64,000 bases of DNA, from the IMG/VR virus record IMGVR_UViG_3300024229_000651; one strand, given 5' to 3'. Position 1 is the stretch's first letter. The number at the start of each line of letters is the position of its first letter. The position numbers and the translations under genes were made by a program. The notes under the pieces are model-generated. The model was not told the origin of the DNA, ran no database searches, and worked only from the letters and a program-made list of their open reading frames with translations. Below are positions 58,401 to 64,000 of the stretch, piece by piece. This stretch comes from a virus (lineage: Duplodnaviria > Caudoviricetes).

Positions 58401-61288
58401 GGACTGTTGAACCAGGGATAGAGTTAGACAGTGCATTAGTTGAACGCAGTTATGTGCCTGAATACTATCATAAAGATGCGGTTCATGTTTGGAAAAACAA
58501 AGGCACGGACGGTTACGGTGGGTTGCGTTTATGGCCTAGCGATTTTGACACAAGCAACCTGACAGACAAGAAGGTAGCAACGTGTAGTATACCTGGACAG
58601 TTTATATTGGACAGTGAAGCTGGTTCTCAAAAGCAATTCCCCGTGTACTACTTAACTAACAACGACTACGACAGAAGTTTAGTTGCTGTGTACAAAGAGC
58701 TTGCAGAAAATACAGACACACGAATGTTTTGGGTAGTTGAACCAAATGTACAAGTAAACGACGATTTCGATTTTAATTTTATGCCTTCCCAATTTGATAT
58801 GGATGTTGTACATGTTTGGGAACATTCAGGTAGCACACTCACTTCAGGTGTTAAACTAATTCCAACTAATATCGAATTCAAACATGATAAACAAATATTA
58901 GAGAATAACTACAACAAATTAAAAACAATTAACAGCACGGCATCACACGACGATAAGTGGCCGATAGTTACACTTAGTAAATTAAATGTAGACGAAGTGA
59001 TGTCAGCATTGTCTAAGAACAATAGCAGTGCATATGTGTGGACGCATGATGTTAACATTGATTTAGATCAATCTGTAATCGACGACAGTTACATACCTGA
59101 CTTCGCAAACAGAAACAATGTACATGTTTGGAAAAATAACGATACAGAAGGCTATGGCGGATTACGACTATGGCCTACAAATTATAATGTAAGCAGTCTT
59201 TCCGATGAGCAAGTACTCACATGTAGTATACCAGATCAGTTTATTCTAGACAGTACTGCTGGCTCACAAAAACTATATCCGGTATACCGTTTAACATCAC
59301 AAGACATTAAAAACGGTTTAAAGGAAACATACCAGCGTCTATCTGATCAAACAGAAACTAGAATGTTTTGGGTAGTAGATGCATTTGTAAACGTAAACGA
59401 GGACTTTGATTTTACATATGCTCCTTCACAGTTTGATACAGATGTTGTTCATGTATGGAAACATGCAAGTACAAGTAGACAAACAGGAGTGAGATTGATG
59501 CCAACAGATCTCCAATACGATTCTGATTTACAGATTAACGATAATAGTTTTGCTAAATTGAAAAAAATAGCAACTATAGCATCGCACGATCCTGTATGGC
59601 CTATAGAGAAATTTGAAACTGTGGATGTTGAAAACTTACGCAGTATGTTGGAAAAGCACAACTCTGCAGACTTTATATGGACCGTTGATCCTGATATCGA
59701 GTTAGACGAAACGATTGTGCATCAAAGTATTATTCCTCACTTGAATAATATAAATGTTGTTCACGTGTGGAAACGCACTGATAGCGAAGGGCTTGTTGTA
59801 GGACATGGCGGACTTAGACTGTGGCCTACGTGGTTCGATACAAGCAGTATAACAGATGATCAATTGATCACAAGCAGTGTACCAGACCAATTAATCTTGG
59901 ACAGCGTAGCAGGACCACAAAAACAATTCCCAATACTAGAACTAAACACTAGTACTGATGTAATAGAACAGATCAAACAGTTTGAAGAACAATGCGACAG
60001 TACAATGTATTGGTGCGTTGATCCAAATGTCACGTATGTAGACGATTGGAGTTTTGATTATATACCAACCAAGTGGGAAGAACATGTAGTTCACGTGTTC
60101 TTAGACAGCACAGACGAGCCTCGCAGTGTGAGACTGATACCGACTGGCACAGTAACGTCAGGGAATATAACAGTTAAACACATGGTTAATAACAGTTTTG
60201 ATGATCTAAAGGTAGTATATAGGCACGCCACACGCCCCACTGTATTGCCCGTGTACGGCTTTAATATAGAAAGTAGTATCAACACAGCGAGTACTAAGAG
60301 TTTAAAACAACAATTAGAACTGTTTTCTGAGCTTGCAGAAGGCAAGCCATTCTTCACACTCGATGACGATATCACTGTGATCGATGACTTTGACTATGCA
60401 CACACTGCACAGCTAGACAGTGTGGATAAAACGCATGTGTGGCAACGATTAAATCCACGTACTGGTAACACACACAGTTACGGAGGAATAAGACAGTGGC
60501 CCAATCCTCCTACATTAGCACTAAAAGAACTGACAACTGATCGTATCAAAATGAACAGAATGGATGGCCGAAAGCTACAGTACGTGAAACAGCCTGGTTG
60601 CAGTTTTAAAGAGTATTGTATTGTGATGTTGAGCTACCAAGAAGACATTGACCTTGTGGAACAGCGCATACAACGCATACAACAACAGACTGGTAGTGAC
60701 GTTATACATGTACGTGGTATCGAAGGCATATTCAATGCACACAAAGCTGCTGCAAGCAAAGTAAACAGCAGTATGTTTTGGGTTGTTGATGCTGATGCAC
60801 ACATTAAAGATGACTTCGACTTCAGCTATATACCTGATGCATATGATCACGAAGTAGTACATGTGTGGGCCAGTGAGAATCCAATCACAGGAATGGAATA
60901 CGGTTATGGTGGTGTTAAACTGTTTAACACACAACAGGTATTAGACGCTACCAGCTGGGGGCTTGACTTTACCACAGGACTTAGCAGTCGATTCAAAGCA
61001 ATGCCAGAAGTAAGTTGTGTCACACAGTTCAACACAGATGCACACAGCACATGGCGTAGTGCATTCCGTGAGTGTGTGAAGCTGTCAATGAACACTGATG
61101 ACGAAAGCAAGAAGAGATTAGAAGGATGGCTACACCCTGTGCCAAATGCTGACTTTAGACATTATGCTAAACTGGGTGCAGAACAAGGTGTAGCACATGC
61201 CAAACAGCATGCCAATAACAGTGCACAGTTAGCAAATATAAATGATTTCAATTGGCTATGGGAGAAGTATAACCGTGGCAGCGAATAG
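55427..61288 (+). CDS. 1953-aa protein made of about 18 tandem GT-A-like modules; only the last looks catalytically complete
   Basis: Recurrent W-x-V-D...F-D-F-x-Y-x-P...VHVW...GG(V/I/L)-x-L-x-P. The terminal module has MFWVVDAD and matches the 27442 protein. Confidence 0.8.
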   Translation: MYDIFYIGNNTELKEKYPFSKQIDNADRIKSNTALYWLVESNTSITDWEIFEFKPDQYTVTYEHKWKWNDENYGGVVLVPKTGGADTVFHNKIVCKKQFDILLQETPGEYFEDNPHSSHVWCVDPQYVLGDDINWAPGNFEPDFIHSFHLRGQLEFKYPELEGGIKLYPREWSSAQFKYHKFLDTTLDYPIMYVADVDDYAQRDIHKDDYVWLIDKEHCINQTTVDWVPNPFEKEFVHCFKMHYQLKEKYPMAMGGIKLVPTNWKDAELKIHPACPIEDESYDVFYIDDDEFTSDTYNEYASRSKTDWFWVVDRDFTFNGKLLFVPAQHEQEYIHVFKVPGHLEERYPADVKDSWDIRCGGVRLVNKHFDMTKHKFQEDIVPIRYDIFYVDDLNDYATPARKSRTKMFWLIDSEHQINEEFKYVPQRYDQKYIQVFKFPGDLEHKYPRNITNISDNRAGGIKLVPINGNGESKFIDQNPVGGKTYPIRFTDDADESLTEDTWIVPTAFEDVISSIPWQPSVFEKNTQHVFAHGLLRWMPLDWNGEIREHDFSPVIIDITYEKFSSYQEGLEHSKFNWFWVVSPHVSVLEDFDWNFQPNVFDEGKAHVWQKLNPITKKQYDYGGVELRHKHEKRGRPKYVREHACTQNVYPIYVLTANDYANGLKYAYEQLASKTETNMFWVVDAFVDIDQQFDFSYYPTQYDTSVVHAWQHASTNRSSGVRLLPVDIEIINDKQIVENSFEKIKLLPEVATKDQVWSVVHLTSNTVDEINSVLDKHSGYVWTVDPGTNVDQDTIDKSFIPHVDNIPFVHVWKDADGGYGSLKLWPTNYDTSSLTDEQVSTSSITDQVIVDTVAAQQTQYPIYYLDTLDTSTGLRDVYERLASDTSSRMFWVVDAHTTVMDTFDFTFKPSQFDMDTVHVWQHAGETRNSAVRLLPTATVFKNNKQIIDNSFTKLKQVPQVASRDPVWPVVKLEELTTKEITHVLKHAETNYVWTVEPGIELDSALVERSYVPEYYHKDAVHVWKNKGTDGYGGLRLWPSDFDTSNLTDKKVATCSIPGQFILDSEAGSQKQFPVYYLTNNDYDRSLVAVYKELAENTDTRMFWVVEPNVQVNDDFDFNFMPSQFDMDVVHVWEHSGSTLTSGVKLIPTNIEFKHDKQILENNYNKLKTINSTASHDDKWPIVTLSKLNVDEVMSALSKNNSSAYVWTHDVNIDLDQSVIDDSYIPDFANRNNVHVWKNNDTEGYGGLRLWPTNYNVSSLSDEQVLTCSIPDQFILDSTAGSQKLYPVYRLTSQDIKNGLKETYQRLSDQTETRMFWVVDAFVNVNEDFDFTYAPSQFDTDVVHVWKHASTSRQTGVRLMPTDLQYDSDLQINDNSFAKLKKIATIASHDPVWPIEKFETVDVENLRSMLEKHNSADFIWTVDPDIELDETIVHQSIIPHLNNINVVHVWKRTDSEGLVVGHGGLRLWPTWFDTSSITDDQLITSSVPDQLILDSVAGPQKQFPILELNTSTDVIEQIKQFEEQCDSTMYWCVDPNVTYVDDWSFDYIPTKWEEHVVHVFLDSTDEPRSVRLIPTGTVTSGNITVKHMVNNSFDDLKVVYRHATRPTVLPVYGFNIESSINTASTKSLKQQLELFSELAEGKPFFTLDDDITVIDDFDYAHTAQLDSVDKTHVWQRLNPRTGNTHSYGGIRQWPNPPTLALKELTTDRIKMNRMDGRKLQYVKQPGCSFKEYCIVMLSYQEDIDLVEQRIQRIQQQTGSDVIHVRGIEGIFNAHKAAASKVNSSMFWVVDADAHIKDDFDFSYIPDAYDHEVVHVWASENPITGMEYGYGGVKLFNTQQVLDATSWGLDFTTGLSSRFKAMPEVSCVTQFNTDAHSTWRSAFRECVKLSMNTDDESKKRLEGWLHPVPNADFRHYAKLGAEQGVAHAKQHANNSAQLANINDFNWLWEKYNRGSE
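57458..60200 (+). repeat. Four and a half copies of a two-module (A+B) repeat, period 630-642 nt, within the 1953-aa ORF
   Basis: ATG of the M(F/Y)W.V motif at 57458, 58088, 58724, 59363 and 60005, each of the first four followed by a (Y/F)(V/I)WT(V/H)(D/E)...GYG.L.LWP module. Confidence 0.9.
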
Positions 61289-61949
61289 TTCACATGTACA
61301 GTTTGAAGACTGGAACAGTGTGTCGGATTGGTGTGATGAACTGATGTGCCTCACGCCCAGCTATGTGGACAGAATAAACAGCAGACTGTATCCCAAGGAT
61401 GCATTCACAATGGGGCAAATGGTCAGCAAAGCATGGATGGTGAACGTACTGAGTGCATTGCAATTACCACCAGCACAAGTAATAGCCATAGTGGGATGTT
61501 GGATAGGCAGTGCTGTGCCGCACCTCAGTCAGTTTGCCACACAACGCATATACGGCATAGACTGTGATGCAGAGAGCATTGAACTCAGTGAACAGTTTAA
61601 TCAGAGGTTGGTACAGGATAATTGGCGTTATAAGGGTGTGGTGTTGGACATTGATCACCAACAGACAAATGATCTACAGTTTGAAACAGGCGGAGAACTT
61701 ATTGATGTGAAGCCAGATTGGATTATCAATACCAGCTGTGAACACATGAGCAGTAATTGGTTTGACACTGCTGACAACAGCCAACTGATCATAATGCAGT
61801 CAAATAACAATCCACAGTATGAAGGCCATATCAACATTTGTGCAGACGTAGCAGAACTGCAACATAAATATCCATTAACACAGTGTTTATATGTGGGCAG
61901 CATAACAACTCCAGCATATACTCGTTTTATGCAGATAGGATACAAATAA
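61275..61949 (+). CDS. Class I SAM-dependent methyltransferase-like protein
   Basis: Probable GTG start at 61275 after GGAG (the track starts at 61242). Motifs AIVGCWIG, YGID.D, DWIINTSCEHM and QSNN. Confidence 0.6.
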   Translation: MAANSSHVQFEDWNSVSDWCDELMCLTPSYVDRINSRLYPKDAFTMGQMVSKAWMVNVLSALQLPPAQVIAIVGCWIGSAVPHLSQFATQRIYGIDCDAESIELSEQFNQRLVQDNWRYKGVVLDIDHQQTNDLQFETGGELIDVKPDWIINTSCEHMSSNWFDTADNSQLIIMQSNNNPQYEGHINICADVAELQHKYPLTQCLYVGSITTPAYTRFMQIGYK

Positions 61950-62881
61950 TGAAAACCATAGTTGTTGTTTGCCAAACAAACACAGAAGGACAAGAGAATC
62001 GAATCTATGACGGTGGAGCACATGGCCCAACCAACGTTCGTTCAACAAAAGCAAAGGTGTTACCAGGCAAGAGTGACACGTATGATCATACTCACATAAA
62101 CAGAATGAAAGCCATGCTGGATCACGTGGGTGCTGAATACGACAGATTTCTGGCCATCACAAATGCCAACATACGAAAGATAGACACCAGCATTGAAGTG
62201 CTACCACTGCCCGAGGGTGATGAATACCTTGGTTGGTGGAGCAAGATGTACATGTACAATCCCAACCTCCGACTTAACGGCACAGTGATGTACATTGACC
62301 TAGACATGATGCCTGGCGAACTGTTCAACAACCTGTGGAGCGAATCACCTGAATATGATGTGCTGTGCCGCAGGGCTCCACACAAAGACGGCATGCGCAG
62401 AGAAAACTTCTTGCCCGGAGTTAATCGAGAAGGTGAACAGTGGGATTACCTCAGCTGGATATACAACACCAGTGTGATTAGATTCTGTCCTGATAAAATG
62501 AGCAGCTTGTGGCTGTGGTACCAACACAACATCCAACACAAAATGGACTTGGGTTTGAAAGGAGATGAACTGTTTGTGGCCAAGTGGCTGATAGACAACA
62601 GTGACTGGGTCAAACACGGAGAGTTTGATGTGCGCTACATGCCCAGTTACCCCAATTTGATACTGCGTCACTTCAGCGGCAACCCACTGTATGATCCACT
62701 GAACAAATCAGGAATTATGAATCCGCTGCCCATACACAAACGCACAGAAGTCACCACCAGTGAGAACATCATACCATGGCACAGACTCACAGCAGTCACA
62801 ATGGGCGGCGCATGGAAACCCTGGACCATAGCAGTCAACGACACGCACATTGCTGAACGCTATTACGGCGAAGAACTATAA
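61949..62881 (+). CDS. GT8-like / GT-A glycosyltransferase
   Basis: Probable ATG at 61949 (TAATG overlap; the track starts at 61883). Motifs GWWSK, VMYIDLD (DxD), NTSVIRF and GDE.F. Confidence 0.7.
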   Translation: MKTIVVVCQTNTEGQENRIYDGGAHGPTNVRSTKAKVLPGKSDTYDHTHINRMKAMLDHVGAEYDRFLAITNANIRKIDTSIEVLPLPEGDEYLGWWSKMYMYNPNLRLNGTVMYIDLDMMPGELFNNLWSESPEYDVLCRRAPHKDGMRRENFLPGVNREGEQWDYLSWIYNTSVIRFCPDKMSSLWLWYQHNIQHKMDLGLKGDELFVAKWLIDNSDWVKHGEFDVRYMPSYPNLILRHFSGNPLYDPLNKSGIMNPLPIHKRTEVTTSENIIPWHRLTAVTMGGAWKPWTIAVNDTHIAERYYGEEL

Positions 62882-62883
62882 CA

Positions 62884-63369
62884 ATGACTCCGTTGGTGTT
62901 GAGCAAACGTTTTGTGAAGCAGTTGGGCATGGTCACAGCCAACTTGCCCAGCACAGGACACACCAGTACTGGCGTTCACCCAATGAACTGGCACAGTACC
63001 AGTTATGATATACCCAGCAGTTTGTTGTATGCCATGCCCGCAGTAGCCCCGCAGAAACTGTGTTTGAGAAGCAACTTCACAGTGAGTGTGTACAGTTTGG
63101 CACCACAACACAGCAGTCACAAACAGTGCAGCAGTGAACACAGTCAGTATTGGTTAAACACCAGCGACAGAGAAATAACAGTGCAGTACACAGATCCCAG
63201 AACAATAACAGAACACACCATACTGTGGCAACCCTACACCAGCTTTATACTCAGCAGTGAACACCCACACAGTGTGTTGAATCACAACGATACTGGTGTG
63301 AATTGGTTGTGTGTGCACACTGGAATGAGCTGGCAGGACACAGCAAAGCATTATCAGCATCAGTGGTAG
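62884..63369 (+). CDS. Hypothetical protein, degenerate cupin-like
   Basis: ATG 2 nt after the upstream stop. QPYTSFILSSEHPHSV resembles the distal-His strand of cupin oxygenases. Confidence 0.5.
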   Translation: MTPLVLSKRFVKQLGMVTANLPSTGHTSTGVHPMNWHSTSYDIPSSLLYAMPAVAPQKLCLRSNFTVSVYSLAPQHSSHKQCSSEHSQYWLNTSDREITVQYTDPRTITEHTILWQPYTSFILSSEHPHSVLNHNDTGVNWLCVHTGMSWQDTAKHYQHQW

Positions 63370-63423
63370 GAGGGGGCCCACTTCAGAGCGAAGCGACCCG
63401 CGGCGCAAAACGCAAAAATTTTA
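63365..63423. other. GC-rich convergence region with G-run, GCGAAGC minihairpin, CGCAAAA tandem and AAAAATTTTT palindrome
   Basis: GGTAGGAGGGGGCCC; GCGAAGC at 63388-63394; CGCAAAA twice at 63404-63417; AAAAATTTTT at 63414-63423. Confidence 0.5.
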
Positions 63424-63879
63424 TATCAACTGTAATGCACCACAGTAGTCAGGATATGTCCTATACGTGTCAACACATATCAGTCTGTGAGGAGGTTCAC
63501 ACACTGCACCGTGACGAGTTTGACTGTTCAATAAGAACCAATGATGAGGCTGCAACACTAGTTCTACACCATCCACACTCACAGTTATAGGCTTTGATTC
63601 ACAGTTTAACACACAGTGGCTTAAACGCATTCTATCGCCAACATCATTGAAAACGTCCCTATGCGTGGGTAACACAGTTCTAGTAACAGTTTCCACAGTG
63701 ACCTTAACATCAGACTGAACAGCATAATAACTGCAAAATGCATCAGTGAGTGTGCTGTTGTAATGCACAGTGTGATACATGTTTAACCTGAGATGTGGTG
63801 AGTTCAGTTCACACCATGCTAATATACTCTGACATTCTGCTTGCAGGTGTGAGGGAATACTGTATTGAGTTAAGTGCAT
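63421..63879 (-). CDS. Cupin / 2OG-Fe(II) hydroxylase-like protein (Asp/Asn beta-hydroxylase-like)
   Basis: LPTHRD (HxD) and W.LLNSQ..HG (distal His). The only plausible minus-strand gene in the window. Confidence 0.55.
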   Translation of the reverse strand: MHLTQYSIPSHLQAECQSILAWCELNSPHLRLNMYHTVHYNSTLTDAFCSYYAVQSDVKVTVETVTRTVLPTHRDVFNDVGDRMRLSHCVLNCESKPITVSVDGVELVLQPHHWFLLNSQTRHGAVCEPPHRLICVDTYRTYPDYCGALQLI

Positions 63880-64000
63880 ACAGTTACTTATGTGAAAGGT
63901 GTATACAAACTACAAAAAAATTGTGCGTAAAAATTTTTCAAATGGGGGTAGGGTGGTGGCTGGAACTATATGTATACTAGAGGAGGTATACAGTGACAGA

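Noticed and set aside
57458-60200. CRISPR array or DNA-level tandem repeat
   Set aside because: The repeats are ~630-nt in-frame protein modules with divergent codons, not short identical repeats with unique spacers.
384-62850. Numerous 60-185 aa minus-strand ORFs in the track (e.g. 16949-17410, 17993-18493 with 18494-19048, 20198-20683, 23420-23926)
   Set aside because: They lie fully antisense to long, motif-bearing + strand genes, lack recognisable motifs and have the Ser/Leu/Val/Ile-rich composition typical of shadow frames.
24356-62881. DNA base hypermodification cluster as the explanation for the enzyme locus
   Set aside because: No thymidylate-synthase/dCMP-hydroxymethylase homologue, nucleotide kinase, TET/JBP or aGPT-Pplase2 motifs were recognised here, and the context follows tail genes. 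It is not excluded if such genes lie outside the window.
63303-63980. + strand ORFs 63303-63590 and 63795-63980
   Set aside because: They overlap the better-supported cupin-like genes, have no RBS or motif and read through the non-coding motif region.
1-64000. tRNA/rRNA genes, integrase, transposase, homing endonuclease
   Set aside because: Intergenic gaps are at most ~70 nt apart from the right-hand end and show no cloverleaf, and no ORF carries the relevant motifs.

Overview
The window is a gene-dense, AT-rich segment that is almost entirely + strand and reads in the standard genetic code. It looks like part of a large (jumbo-type) tailed phage genome; this is inferred from gene content, and the host cannot be determined. 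Bases 1-24.3 kb form a virion/baseplate module: a 5'-truncated baseplate-wedge-like gene, a 6539-aa giant structural protein (degenerate YHYH-type domain, Pro/Gly/Ser/Thr-rich segment, Cys repeats), a 215-aa baseplate-like protein, a fibre with a C-terminal Peptidase_G2-like chaperone domain and a 346-aa virion protein, ending at a clear intrinsic terminator. Bases 24.35-62.9 kb form a tightly coupled tailoring-enzyme locus of about 38 kb. It holds ten radical SAM enzymes (nine with the auxiliary Cys domain N-terminal to the CxxxCxxC core), SAM synthetase (metK), two methyltransferase-like proteins, several glycosyltransferase-like proteins, a UDP-sugar dehydrogenase, an SDR, a PLP enzyme, a 2OG-Fe(II) oxygenase, a carbamoyltransferase, an SGNH-like protein, an acyl desaturase, an SCP2 lipid carrier and a 1953-aa protein built from about 18 GT-A-like modules. 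The last ~1.1 kb has two convergent cupin-like genes, a strand switch and short G-rich/hairpin motifs, and the composition shifts over the last ~3.5 kb. No tRNA, rRNA, CRISPR array, integrase or transposase was seen. All product calls come from reading motifs by eye; no database search was run.
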